The notes under the pieces are model-generated. The model saw only the letters and a list, made by a program, of their open reading frames with translations, was not told where the DNA came from and made no database searches. A stretch of DNA of 59,340 nt from a virus (lineage: Duplodnaviria > Caudoviricetes): positions 1 to 59,340 of the IMG/VR virus record IMGVR_UViG_3300038455_000058, one strand, 5' to 3'. The position numbers were made by a program, and so were the translations under genes. This document shows positions 38,894 through 48,769 of the stretch, piece by piece. Positions within the stretch are counted from its first letter, which is position 1; the number at the start of each line of letters is the position of its first letter.

Positions 38894-39325
38894 GTGACCG
38901 TCCAGCTGCACACCATCTCGGACACGTCTCCCGCCGCGGCCTCCACGGCTGCCGGCGACATCCTCCTTGGTCTTGGCCGATACGACGCGCTCCAGATCAC
39001 GGCGGAGCTCGTGGGGGCCACCGGGGGCACGCTCGACGTCTACCTCCAGACGTCTCCAGATGGCGGTACCAGCTGGTACGACTACATCCACTTTCCCCAG
39101 CTCGCAGCGGCTGCAAGCGCCGTGAAATACATGGTCAACGTGCCGCAGGCTGGCGCCACTGGAATCACAGTTGTTGGCAAGGATACGACTCCGGCGCTCG
39201 CAGCCAATACGGTGGTAGGCGGCTCGTGGGGTGACAGGCTTCGGCCTCTGTACGTGGCCGGCGCTAGCACATCGGCTGGTGCGGCCGTCTTGATTCAAGT
39301 TCTTGGGTATCAGCGCAAACTTTAG
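38894..39325 (+). CDS. Beta-sandwich virion/decoration protein
   Basis: TLDVYLQTSPDGGTSWYD...RLR. Confidence 0.55.
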   Translation: MTVQLHTISDTSPAAASTAAGDILLGLGRYDALQITAELVGATGGTLDVYLQTSPDGGTSWYDYIHFPQLAAAASAVKYMVNVPQAGATGITVVGKDTTPALAANTVVGGSWGDRLRPLYVAGASTSAGAAVLIQVLGYQRKL

Positions 39326-39369
39326 CTTTAGCTTAGGCGCCGTTCGCGCCGACACACGAGGATCTTAGC

Positions 39370-39744
39370 ATGGGTGCAAAGAGCGGAACGATTGTTGGTA
39401 TCGTGATGAGTGGTGAGCCGTTTGGTGGTGCCACCTCGCGACACCGCGCCGAGGTGTTCGTCACTTATCCGGCGTACACCGCGTCTACCGACACCACGAC
39501 CGTCGCCGCGGTTGGTGCTGCGATTGCCGCGAAGCGCAGGGATGGTAAGACCGTCGCGCTGACCGACGTCTGCCAGGGGCAGAGCGGCTCGGACGGTACC
39601 ACGGAGTTCTACAACGACACGCTTGCGGTCTCTACCGACGCGATCACGGGTGAGCTGAGCGACATCGCCGGCACCGAGATCGATGCTGCGTCGGGCGTCA
39701 CCGCTCGTCCGTGCTCGTTCATGGTCTCGTACGACGCGACCTGA
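39370..39744 (+). CDS. Putative head accessory protein
   Basis: Beta-rich, within head module. Confidence 0.5.
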   Translation: MGAKSGTIVGIVMSGEPFGGATSRHRAEVFVTYPAYTASTDTTTVAAVGAAIAAKRRDGKTVALTDVCQGQSGSDGTTEFYNDTLAVSTDAITGELSDIAGTEIDAASGVTARPCSFMVSYDAT

Positions 39745-39824
39745 TTCACACGCGTAGCGCCGCTCTGCGGCTCGTCTACGTCTCAATACGCCCACTCGAG
39801 CGGTAATCGAGGTTGGAGACAAAT

Positions 39825-40478
39825 ATGAGCGATCTTGAGCGCGCTTCTGAAAGCGTCGTGGATGTAGAGGTGCCTGCTGCACCGGTTGTGAAGCCGGCTG
39901 TTGCACAGGCGGCAGCTGCCGAGCCGGCAAAGCAAAGCGAGGAGGCGATCCCTGTCTCCGCGCTGAAGCAGCGGCTCGAGCAGAAGGAGCGGTCCTTGCT
40001 GAAGGAGATCGGATTCAACGATCTCGAGAGTGCGAAGGCCGCCGCAGCCGAGCTCGCCAAGCTCCGTCAGGAGCGCATGTCCGAGGAGGAGCGCGCCAAG
40101 GCTCGAATCGCCGAGCTGGAGGCCGCCGCCAAGGAGAGGGACGAGCTGCGCGCAGACCAGGCCGAGCTTGCCGAGGCCGAGCTTGCCAAGCTGACCGAGG
40201 AGCAGCGCGCTTTCATCATGGAGGCCGCGCCGCGGTCTCCGGCAAAGCAGCTGCGCCTCATTGGCAAGCTTGGCACCGTGGCACCTCAGCCTGCAGTGCG
40301 TGCCGCGCCGGCCAATACGGCGCCTGCGGCAAGGGCTCCGACGCCCACCGCAGCCGAGGCTGACAACGTTCTGGAGACGTATACGCGTCTTCGCGCAAAG
40401 GACCCGGAGAAGGCGGCCCTCTACCAGCTCGCCAATCTGGATCGGTATCTTGAGGCGGTTAATAAGGCCCGTGCCTAA
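39825..40478 (+). CDS. Capsid scaffolding protein
   Basis: Ala/Glu coiled coil directly upstream of MCP. Confidence 0.75.
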   Translation: MSDLERASESVVDVEVPAAPVVKPAVAQAAAAEPAKQSEEAIPVSALKQRLEQKERSLLKEIGFNDLESAKAAAAELAKLRQERMSEEERAKARIAELEAAAKERDELRADQAELAEAELAKLTEEQRAFIMEAAPRSPAKQLRLIGKLGTVAPQPAVRAAPANTAPAARAPTPTAAEADNVLETYTRLRAKDPEKAALYQLANLDRYLEAVNKARA

Positions 40479-40511
40479 CCATAAGACGCGCGGGAATAGG
40501 AACACATAAAC

Positions 40512-41585
40512 ATGTCTTCGATTTCTCGCTCGACTCTTCCCACGGAATTCTTCGACATCACCAGCTCGATGCTGCTGGTGCAGCCGGAGCCTCAGTACCT
40601 CGTCGGCGCTCTCATGAAGAGCGCAATGGGTGCCTCGCTCGCTCAGGAGAGCGATATGGGCCTCCCGTTCCGCATGCTCGGCGGCGCTGGTGCTGCCTAT
40701 GGCAGTGCCGATGACGATCGGCTCCAGCTTGAGCAGCGCGCCATCGCCGCACAGGCGGTGATCGTGGTGCCCGAGCTCGGCAAGCCGCCGGGTCACACCG
40801 TCCGCCTCAACCGGCCGGCGTACACGGACAGCACGTACACGGAGGCCGCGCGTCTTATCCCGACCGGCTCGACCATCTCGACCACGCCGATCAGCCTCGG
40901 CAGCGAGCAGACGTCGATCACCATCAAGCGCTTCGGCGGCCCTTACTCGGGTGGCGTGGCGCCGTACGGCCTCGCGAAGTTTGACGCTGGGATGGCGCTA
41001 CACAAGCTCGCCTCGGTGGCTGGCCGCCACCTCAAGCGCGATTATGACAAGTGGATCGACGCCGTTGGCGTTGCCCTCTTCTCGAGCGGAGCCAACACGA
41101 TCCGCCCGCTCGGCTTCACGGCGGACACGGATGGCCTCGTTGCCGGCGACATGCCGATGGACTTCGAGACGCTGACCCGCGTTGAGCTCAAGATGGACGA
41201 GCTCAACATCCCGTTCTTCTCGAATGGCAAGAGGATCTGCATCCTCCACCCGCGCCAGATCCAGCAGCTCAAGGCGGACCCGGCGTTCCAGCGGCTCGGC
41301 GTCTTCACCAACCCGAAGAACCCCCTGTGGACGAGCCACGTTGCCACCGTTGGCAACCTGGATGTCTACCAGAGCAACACGCTCACCACGGCGTCGAGCA
41401 CGACCACGATCTATCGTGGCGTTGCTTTCGGTCCTGGGATGGTTGCCTGCGGCGTGTCGCGTCTCCCCGAGGTTGTGCCGAGCACGGCGGACAACTACGG
41501 CGAAGACATCCTCGTCGTGTGGCTGACGTACATGGGATTCCTCGTCTCTGACAACCGCTTCGGCGTGCTTGTCAGCACGAACTAA
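40512..41585 (+). CDS. Major capsid protein (HK97 fold)
   Basis: 357 aa after scaffold; K..G.TV, ILHP.Q..QL..D, FG, DNYG...VW. Confidence 0.85.
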   Translation: MSSISRSTLPTEFFDITSSMLLVQPEPQYLVGALMKSAMGASLAQESDMGLPFRMLGGAGAAYGSADDDRLQLEQRAIAAQAVIVVPELGKPPGHTVRLNRPAYTDSTYTEAARLIPTGSTISTTPISLGSEQTSITIKRFGGPYSGGVAPYGLAKFDAGMALHKLASVAGRHLKRDYDKWIDAVGVALFSSGANTIRPLGFTADTDGLVAGDMPMDFETLTRVELKMDELNIPFFSNGKRICILHPRQIQQLKADPAFQRLGVFTNPKNPLWTSHVATVGNLDVYQSNTLTTASSTTTIYRGVAFGPGMVACGVSRLPEVVPSTADNYGEDILVVWLTYMGFLVSDNRFGVLVSTN

Positions 41586-41594
41586 GGACCAGCT

Positions 41595-42023
41595 GTGGCA
41601 TTCAATAACAAGGTCAAGACGGCGCAGAACGCGAAGGCCACCACGGCTCTCACTGGCGCCGCACCACAGGTTGGCACCGGTAACACGGTGCTGATGTCGA
41701 ACGTCGTGCCCGGCACTCTGTCTGCAAAGATGGCGCTGTCGTGCAAGACGAGCAACATCACGCAAACGCCGAGCTGGCAGGTCAGCGCCGATAACTCGAC
41801 GTGGGTAGACTTCAAGGGTGTCAACAACCCTGCGCAGGTCGCCACGGCGGGCGGCACTGGCAGCCAGGTCGTCACGACGATCGTTCTAGAGGGACCTCCG
41901 TCGCTGTCTGGGTGGAGATACGTGCGGGCGATCACGACGACCGCGGTTGGAGTCGGTGACGGCTCAACGTCTGGCGACGCATACACGATCAGCTACAGCT
42001 GGCTCCAAGCTGACCAGTTCTAG
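41595..42023 (+). CDS. Decoration-like beta-sandwich protein, paralog 1
   Basis: VVPGTLSA...WQVSAD..W...GWRYVR...DAYTISY. Confidence 0.65.
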   Translation: MAFNNKVKTAQNAKATTALTGAAPQVGTGNTVLMSNVVPGTLSAKMALSCKTSNITQTPSWQVSADNSTWVDFKGVNNPAQVATAGGTGSQVVTTIVLEGPPSLSGWRYVRAITTTAVGVGDGSTSGDAYTISYSWLQADQF

Positions 42024-43132
42024 TGACGGTCCTTAGCGGCTACCTGGCGACCGGCTCGCTCGATCTCGACGCCACTGATAACGGTGACGTTGCGGGCGGG
42101 CCGGCGCTGGACATGTCCCTCGTGGAGCGCGGGACGCTATCTGCTCTCGTGGTACTTCACGCTGAGACCGCTAGCCTCACCATTGCGCCGCTCTGGCAGG
42201 TGTCCCTTGGTGATGGCGTCTGGATCAACGCCGTGTCCACGGCCAACCCGGCGCCGAATGTTGCCGCTCCGGTAGACTTTGGCGCCGACATCAACTCGAT
42301 CGCACTGTCTGTTGCCGGTGTGGTGGCTGACGCTGATGCGATCGTGCTAGACATCGCCACCGATGACACAGAGGGCGGCGTCACGCTGAGCGGCACCGAT
42401 CTGGATGGTCTGATCGGCGATGGCGCCATCAGCCCAACGCGAGCGATTTCGATCACCACGGCGGCAAACGCGGGTAGCTACAACATCGCCGATCCGATCA
42501 CGGTTACCGGCACCGACGTGGACGGCAACGTCCTGGTGGGCACCGGGACGCTCACGGATGCCGATGGTAACGAGACGATCGAAATCTACGGCGGAGTGGG
42601 CCAGGACAAGGGATTCGCGTCCGTTGTGTCAGTTGCGCTGCCGGCGATGAATGACACAGACGGCACCATCTCGGTTGGCGTGCTCAGCGAGATGCTCAAC
42701 GACAGCTCGCTAACTGGGCTTCTCGGCGATGGCACGATCGACCCGCCGCGGCATGTGGTCCTGACTACCGCGGCGAGTGCCAGCAGCTACAACACAGATC
42801 CGGTCACCATCGCGGGACTTGACGAGGCGGGCGATCCTGCAACTGAGGATCTCACCATCACCGATGCCGATGGTGACGAGACGCTGACTACGACTGGTCT
42901 CTTCTCCAGGGTGGACCTGGTGTTCATCCCGCCGATGGTGGACACGGACAGCTCGTTCCAGGTTGGTACGGACGCTGGCAGCCTCCAGGATGCGCTGATG
43001 TCACTTCCCGCACCGGCTGCGGTGTACGGCTGGCCACAGGCTCGGATCGCGCTCCTCGTTGCGGGCAACGACGGAGACGCCGTGGACACGTACGAGGTGT
43101 CGTACAACTTCCAGAAGCGGGACAACCGGTGA
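42023..43132 (+). CDS. Decoration-like paralog 2 with acidic duplicated insert
   Basis: Same terminal motifs as paralogs 1 and 3; two internal repeats. Confidence 0.65.
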   Translation: MTVLSGYLATGSLDLDATDNGDVAGGPALDMSLVERGTLSALVVLHAETASLTIAPLWQVSLGDGVWINAVSTANPAPNVAAPVDFGADINSIALSVAGVVADADAIVLDIATDDTEGGVTLSGTDLDGLIGDGAISPTRAISITTAANAGSYNIADPITVTGTDVDGNVLVGTGTLTDADGNETIEIYGGVGQDKGFASVVSVALPAMNDTDGTISVGVLSEMLNDSSLTGLLGDGTIDPPRHVVLTTAASASSYNTDPVTIAGLDEAGDPATEDLTITDADGDETLTTTGLFSRVDLVFIPPMVDTDSSFQVGTDAGSLQDALMSLPAPAAVYGWPQARIALLVAGNDGDAVDTYEVSYNFQKRDNR

Positions 43133-43515
43133 AGCTAGCCAGAGACTACAGCGACACCGGAGAGCTTTCGTTGCTCGGCCAGACGGCATCGTCTCAGGCG
43201 AACGGCAACATCGTCCATCTCGCGCTCGTTGTGCCGGGCACCTTGTCCGCGCTTGTCACCCTCGGCGTGGTGACCGCTGGTCTTGGGCTCCTCCCCAAGT
43301 GGGAAGTCTCCGCGGACCGGTCCACCTGGTACACGGCGGCGCCAGACGACCCGTCTACGCCAGTTGCGCTCGGCATCGGGGCTGCGACTGTGCAGGCGAG
43401 CTCGGCCGTCTACGGTTGGAACTGGGCGCGATGTAGCCTTGTGGTGACCGGCGCATCGGGGCAGGCGAGCGACACGTATCAGATCTCGTACAGCTTCGAA
43501 CGCACGCGGGAGTAG
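43129..43515 (+). CDS. Decoration-like paralog 3
   Basis: VVPGTLSA...WEVSAD.STW...YGW..AR...DTYQISY. Confidence 0.65.
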   Translation: MKLARDYSDTGELSLLGQTASSQANGNIVHLALVVPGTLSALVTLGVVTAGLGLLPKWEVSADRSTWYTAAPDDPSTPVALGIGAATVQASSAVYGWNWARCSLVVTGASGQASDTYQISYSFERTRE

Positions 43516-43517
43516 CC

Positions 43518-44123
43518 GTGGCCCTGCTGGATAGCGAGGTCTACCGCATCAAGGCGGAGCTCGGATACAACGTCCTGACAATCGGGGCCATCCCTTTTGT
43601 CGCCCACACCGCCCTATTCGAGCAGGTCATTGTCCCCTACATGTCGAGCGGGGCAACGACCACGAGCACGACGTCCGTTACCGCGGCGTCTACGCCTACG
43701 CCGGTGGTGCTCACGCTAGCTGATGCAACGGGCTTCTCTGCGGGCGCGACCGTTGTAATCGACGTTGACGATCGCCAGGAGCGCGTGACGATCGAGAAGC
43801 TGAGCGGCGCGTCCATGACTGTGCTGTTAAGCAAGGCCCACGCGACAAGCTACCCGGTCACGGTTGAGGGCGGAGAATCGATCGTGCGTGAGTATCTTGG
43901 ATATCTCGCCGAGTGCCGATCCAAGATCAACGCGGCGAGCAAGACGGCGGGCCTAAAATCGGCCGGTCGTGGCGCCGTCGAGTGGTACGGCGGAAGTGGA
44001 GGCGGCACGGTGCTGTCGTCCCTCCGTAGCATCCAGTCTCATTGGCGTAACGAATTGGCATCGGTGCTTGGGCTGGCGAATCTGAGCCGGCGCGGAGGCG
44101 GTAGCCGAACCGAGGTTTACTAG
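43518..44123 (+). CDS. Head-tail adaptor
   Basis: Position; RIKAELGY...ELASVLG helical pattern. Confidence 0.6.
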   Translation: MALLDSEVYRIKAELGYNVLTIGAIPFVAHTALFEQVIVPYMSSGATTTSTTSVTAASTPTPVVLTLADATGFSAGATVVIDVDDRQERVTIEKLSGASMTVLLSKAHATSYPVTVEGGESIVREYLGYLAECRSKINAASKTAGLKSAGRGAVEWYGGSGGGTVLSSLRSIQSHWRNELASVLGLANLSRRGGGSRTEVY

Positions 44124-44533
44124 TGGCCACGCTTAGTGACGACATCCTGCCCATCGTGGATGACGCGTGGACGCTGGTAGATGACCTTGGGTTCTCTCCA
44201 AACTCGATCACGATTCGCACGCGTACCTGGTCTGGTGGAGAGGTGCAGGTCGGCGATCCTACCGTAAGCGATCTGGTGCTCGAGCCGAATCCTCCGACCA
44301 AGGAGATTGGCGGAGACAAGATCCTTTTGGTTGGTCCGATCACGCCCACTCACTCGGCTGGCGGGTACAGCTACGCGCAGCTCCGACCGAGCGACGTTGC
44401 TGGCACCGAGTACTACTACATCGTTACCGGCAACAACGGGGCGAATCGATACGCGTTGAAGTCGATAGACACCTCCGAAAGCTTCGAGATGATGCTCGTT
44501 CTTGAGGCGCTCGAGAGACGGATGCCGTTTTGA
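44123..44533 (+). CDS. Head closure protein
   Basis: Position, size, beta-rich. Confidence 0.55.
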   Translation: MATLSDDILPIVDDAWTLVDDLGFSPNSITIRTRTWSGGEVQVGDPTVSDLVLEPNPPTKEIGGDKILLVGPITPTHSAGGYSYAQLRPSDVAGTEYYYIVTGNNGANRYALKSIDTSESFEMMLVLEALERRMPF

Positions 44534-45315
44534 CCTCTCAGCTTGGTGGCCTCACCCTACCGATTCCGGCTGGTGTAGCAAACAGCGAGATAGACGATCC
44601 GGTGGTGAGCGGCCTCGCCGCGTACCTCGCGTTCTATCTCAACGATGCGCTTAACACGAAGCTCGCCAACCTCTCCGGCACGAGCGCAGAGGCGGTGCCG
44701 AGCACGAACACGTTTCTGTGGGACCCGTCCACGTACTTCGTGAGGGGCCGAGGCGACGGCGACGCCTCGCCCTTCCCCGCCTTGTATGTATGGTGGGACG
44801 GTCGCAGCCAGCATGCACTTGGTCGTGAGACGCTGATCTACGATTGCCGCGAGCGGCTCATCAGCGTCATGTATCTGTTTGAGGAGCTGAACTTCCCAGG
44901 CGCGGCGAACGCAAGGCGCGGGCTCCTCGGCGCAGTTGACGCGGTGTTCTTCAAGGCTGGTGAGAGGTGGCGTCATGCCAGCTTCTCTCTGGGCACTGAC
45001 GCACTCAACTCCTGGTTGCTCCATGAGCTCAACATCGTGGACCTCCGCTACATGGGCGGGACGCGCGGCGAGCTGAAGGCAAGCATCCCTGAGGCAAGCG
45101 CTCGAGCCGGTGGCAGTGGCGAAGGCGCGCCAACGCGCGGATACCCGGCGCTAAGCGGTCAATTTCGCGTCTGGGAGCAAGTGGAGCAGGACTCGAGCGA
45201 TGAATTCGCTGGCGATGTGGAGCTCGATATCCGGGCTTGCGAGGGGCTGGACGAGCCGGTGGACTTCATGACGCGATACCTTCCTGGACCTGACGGATCC
45301 GAAGAGGAACCGTAG
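44530..45315 (+). CDS. Tail terminator-like protein
   Basis: Position; FPALYVW motif. Confidence 0.55.
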   Translation: MTSQLGGLTLPIPAGVANSEIDDPVVSGLAAYLAFYLNDALNTKLANLSGTSAEAVPSTNTFLWDPSTYFVRGRGDGDASPFPALYVWWDGRSQHALGRETLIYDCRERLISVMYLFEELNFPGAANARRGLLGAVDAVFFKAGERWRHASFSLGTDALNSWLLHELNIVDLRYMGGTRGELKASIPEASARAGGSGEGAPTRGYPALSGQFRVWEQVEQDSSDEFAGDVELDIRACEGLDEPVDFMTRYLPGPDGSEEEP

Positions 45316-45803
45316 CGCTCCAGGTATGGGATGACGAGTACGCTCCCATAGCCGTGCATCTCGTATCCGGCGATCAAGAGGTTGCACGCACGGTGCACCA
45401 GGCCGCGCACATCGCCAGTCTTGTGGTTGTGGTCAACACAGTCTCCGGCGCCGCGAGCATCACCAAACCCGTCGCCGCACAGTGCACACACACCGCGCTG
45501 CGCAAGCATCATCTCGGCATACATCTCTGGTGTGATGCCGTATCTGCGCCTCTGTTGAAGCGCGCGAATCCTGTCTGTGTTAGTGCGATACCATCTCTGT
45601 TTACTCTCCCGTATCTTGTCGCGGTTGGCGCCACGGTACTTCTGCTGACTCTCGAGAAACTTGTCTGGGTTAGCGCGACGGTACTCGCGAGCGCGTACGC
45701 ACACGCAATCCTTGCACTCACCCCTGAGACCATTATTCCTGCGAGAGTCTCTGTGAAAGTCACCCGGTCCCTTCTCCACTCCGCATTTCGTACACGTCGG
45801 CAT
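45159..45803 (-). CDS. Endonuclease VII-family homing endonuclease (antisense)
   Basis: RRYGIT..Y..M..AQ.G.CALC...VDHNHKTG.VRGLV...CN. Confidence 0.9.
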   Translation of the reverse strand: MPTCTKCGVEKGPGDFHRDSRRNNGLRGECKDCVCVRAREYRRANPDKFLESQQKYRGANRDKIRESKQRWYRTNTDRIRALQQRRRYGITPEMYAEMMLAQRGVCALCGDGFGDARGAGDCVDHNHKTGDVRGLVHRACNLLIAGYEMHGYGSVLVIPYLERYGSSSDPSGPGRYRVMKSTGSSSPSQARISSSTSPANSSLESCSTCSQTRN

Positions 45804-45838
45804 CGCACGTAGATAACCACCCAGAATCCACCTGCTGA

Positions 45839-46351
45839 ATGGCGAATCCGCTGCGTGCCCCCACCGTCTACCTATCGCTTGCGCAGCTCGCGAATCAGCC
45901 CGGCCAGCCGACTCCTCGATACGCCATTCCGCTCGACCGTCCCAGGCTCTACGAGTGGATCCCGCTCAACGCTGACGATGCTGACGATCTCAAGACGCTC
46001 GACGCGAACGGCGGGATTCTCGGCACGTGGCAAGAGGTCCGCTGTCCTGACCGAGGCGCTGACCTCACAGACGCCAACGTAGACTTGGCTGTTGGTGGCA
46101 ACGGGTGGCGAGTGTTGCCTGCCGCAACGCTCAGCACCAATCGGACGGCCACGCTCCTCGTAGACGGCGCTCTCGAGGGCGACACGATCGAGATTACAAG
46201 GCTCGATCAGACGGCCAACACGTACACGTTGGCAAACGACGGCACCGGCGGCGGCAACGTATTCGTTTTGCCGGCTAGTCAACGGTGGTGGTGCGTCGCG
46301 TACTTCGATGGCACCGATTGGATTCCTAGAGCTGCTGGGCAGCTCCCGTAG
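45839..46351 (+). CDS. Putative neck/collar fibre-like protein
   Basis: LPAATL..NRT.TL...GD...I, FDGTDW fibre-type motifs. Confidence 0.5.
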   Translation: MANPLRAPTVYLSLAQLANQPGQPTPRYAIPLDRPRLYEWIPLNADDADDLKTLDANGGILGTWQEVRCPDRGADLTDANVDLAVGGNGWRVLPAATLSTNRTATLLVDGALEGDTIEITRLDQTANTYTLANDGTGGGNVFVLPASQRWWCVAYFDGTDWIPRAAGQLP

Positions 46352-46360
46352 CCCGCAGGC

Positions 46361-46849
46361 TTAGCTTCCTTCCTTGATCTCAATCTTCGGTGGTTCTCGA
46401 AGGTATGAGGCGGCCCTGTAGCACAGGTCTGCATCGTCTCGAAGGTGGCCGATTCCGATATTGCACGATCTGCAAAGCAGGCCGCGCACGTTACCAGTGA
46501 CATGATCGTGGTCGACGCATGATTCTCGTAGGCCCATTCTACAACAGCAGACTCGGCAAGCACCATGCTGGGCATCATAAAGCTCAGCCTTCTGAGACCA
46601 CTCAATGCCGTATCTCCTGCGAACATGTCGCATGCGATCCTTGTCCCTAACCCTGTCCAGGTTGTTGCGCCTATACTCGGCATTAGCTGACTTCATTTGT
46701 TCGCGGTTAGAGTCGTAGCGAGCCCTGCCGGCTATTCGGCGGCACTCTATGCAGCTGTGCCTGAGGCCGTCGGCAGACCTCTTGTCTAATCCGAATTGGC
46801 TCTCCTCCAGCAACCTCCCACAGCCACTCTTCTTGCTACAAAGCTTCAT
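46361..46849 (-). CDS. Endonuclease VII-family homing endonuclease (antisense)
   Basis: RRYGI...Q.G.C.VC...VDHDHVTGNVRGLLCRSCN.GIG..D. Confidence 0.9.
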   Translation of the reverse strand: MKLCSKKSGCGRLLEESQFGLDKRSADGLRHSCIECRRIAGRARYDSNREQMKSANAEYRRNNLDRVRDKDRMRHVRRRYGIEWSQKAELYDAQHGACRVCCCRMGLRESCVDHDHVTGNVRGLLCRSCNIGIGHLRDDADLCYRAASYLREPPKIEIKEGS

Positions 46850-46918
46850 TCGCCGAATGTAACCATTCTGCGCGGCTCAGAATTGTAGGTGGGCTCGATC
46901 CCACGGAGTCACCAATCG

Positions 46919-47191
46919 ATGTCACAGCTTCGCTTTATGGCCGTTGAAGGAATTTTGATGCCGGACCCTATTCATCACGGCCAGTTTCTCGGCCGCTTGA
47001 ATATCCCCGCGCCGCCCGATGGCTGGCCTGCGGGCACCAAGAAGGAAGCCGTTCACCCGATCGATCCAAATGGTGGGAGCGTCGATCGCAAGGACCGCCT
47101 CCGCTGGCTTGCTGTCTGGGATGCGCTCCGCAAGGGCGTCGATCTGAAGCCGATGGCTGAGCCCAAGGCCCCCAAGAAGGCGGAAAAGTAA
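46919..47191 (+). CDS. Small protein upstream of sheath
   Basis: GGAG SD; typical position. Confidence 0.55.
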   Translation: MSQLRFMAVEGILMPDPIHHGQFLGRLNIPAPPDGWPAGTKKEAVHPIDPNGGSVDRKDRLRWLAVWDALRKGVDLKPMAEPKAPKKAEK

Positions 47192-48757
47192 ATGGCACTG
47201 ACTGGGCTTGATCCCAATGGGCGTACGCCCGGCATTTGGCGCGAGTTTGCTTTTGCGCAGGGCCCCGGCTCGAGCGGCACCACGCGCGACGTCCTCATCT
47301 ATTGCAACAAGACGAGCGCTGGTAGCGAGACGGTTGAGGTCATCGGAGACCCGATCGTTGACCGTACGGACGCCAAGGCACGCCTTGGCGCGCGGAGCGA
47401 GGGCTTCGCGCTCTACAAGATGTTTACCGCGATCGACAAGACCGCGAATGTCTACGTCGGCGTTGCCACAGAGGGCACCGGATCCGTTACCCGCACCGTG
47501 ACGTTCGGCTCTGCTGAGACTGACGTCACCACGGCGGCCACCACGTGCAAGATCGAGTTCCAGGGCGAGGAGGCATCGTTTGCCGTGGCCAACGGAGCCA
47601 CCACGGCAGCGATGGCTGCAGCATTCGTTCTCGCGTTCAACAATGCGTCCAGCGGTGAGTGGCAGGCCACGGCGGCGGCAGGCACCACGCCCAACCTCCA
47701 CGTGGTCACGATCACGATGGCGCAGCTCGGTGCGCGTTGCCATCCGCTCCTGAACAAGTCTCTTCGGGTGACGTTCGCCGCTAGCTGCGGGATCTCCGTC
47801 TCGCTCGGCTCGACCAGTGCAGCCGGCACGGACGACGACTTTACCAACGTGTACGCGGCGGCGGACTCGGGAGAGTACTACTACCAGGTCAATCCGAAGT
47901 TCAGCGTTTCTGCGCCCACCGCAACGGATAACGGCGTTGGTGAGGGGCTGCTCAACATGCGGACCTGGAACCTGCCGGCCAACGGCAAGGCCGGTCAGAT
48001 GCATTTCGGTCTGACTGGTACGCAAGCGCAGAGCACCACGGTCGCCACCGACGCCGACGCGAACACCACGCTCGGGTACTTCTGGCACGCCGAGAACTCG
48101 CCGTGGAGCGCAGGCATGATTGCGGCACACTGGTGCGCTGTTAAGCGCGTCAAGGAGATCGCTCACCCAGCTGCAAACCTCGCCGGTCTCCGTTCGAGCG
48201 ACACGCTTCCGATCCTCGGGCCTCCCGATCCGATCGACAAGGCAGACCGTCCCACCGCGTCCGAGGTGGAGCTTGACCTCCGCAATGGCGTCTCGGCGCT
48301 GGCGTTCACGTCTCGCGGTCAGGTCTACCTTCCTCGCTCGATTACATCCTACTCGGAGGTGTCTACCGGAGTGAAAGACTACCGCGCGAGCGAGGGGCAT
48401 ATCCCGAGCGCGATCCACTTCGCGTGGGACACGCTCCGCGCCAGGTGGGAAGCCGAGAAGCAGCCATTCCTCGCGGATGATCCGCCCGCTGGCTCCAAAC
48501 CTCCGGTCAAGACGAGCACGCCAGGTCAACTCAAGGCTCTTATCAACAGCGTGATCGACGATCTCACCGCTACGAGGCCGCTGGGTCTCTACGAGGGGCC
48601 GATCCTTTCGCCATCGCCGTCTGACGTGCAGGCGATGCGCGACTCGATCGTTGTGACGCACTCGCCCGGCGCACTCCGCGCCAGCGTCGACTTCCGCGCG
48701 GTCGAGCACAATCTCAAGACCGAGGTCAAGGTCAACGAGACCTCACCCGCTTACTGA
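47192..48757 (+). CDS. Tail sheath protein (Mu gpL-like)
   Basis: RTPG..EF, GVSAL...RSITSY; size and position. Confidence 0.9.
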   Translation: MALTGLDPNGRTPGIWREFAFAQGPGSSGTTRDVLIYCNKTSAGSETVEVIGDPIVDRTDAKARLGARSEGFALYKMFTAIDKTANVYVGVATEGTGSVTRTVTFGSAETDVTTAATTCKIEFQGEEASFAVANGATTAAMAAAFVLAFNNASSGEWQATAAAGTTPNLHVVTITMAQLGARCHPLLNKSLRVTFAASCGISVSLGSTSAAGTDDDFTNVYAAADSGEYYYQVNPKFSVSAPTATDNGVGEGLLNMRTWNLPANGKAGQMHFGLTGTQAQSTTVATDADANTTLGYFWHAENSPWSAGMIAAHWCAVKRVKEIAHPAANLAGLRSSDTLPILGPPDPIDKADRPTASEVELDLRNGVSALAFTSRGQVYLPRSITSYSEVSTGVKDYRASEGHIPSAIHFAWDTLRARWEAEKQPFLADDPPAGSKPPVKTSTPGQLKALINSVIDDLTATRPLGLYEGPILSPSPSDVQAMRDSIVVTHSPGALRASVDFRAVEHNLKTEVKVNETSPAY

Positions 48758-48769
48758 GGACCTACCTAG

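Noticed and set aside
46922-48709. 595-aa antisense ORF
   Set aside because: Shadow of the tail sheath gene caused by GC-rich codon bias; Arg-rich, no motifs
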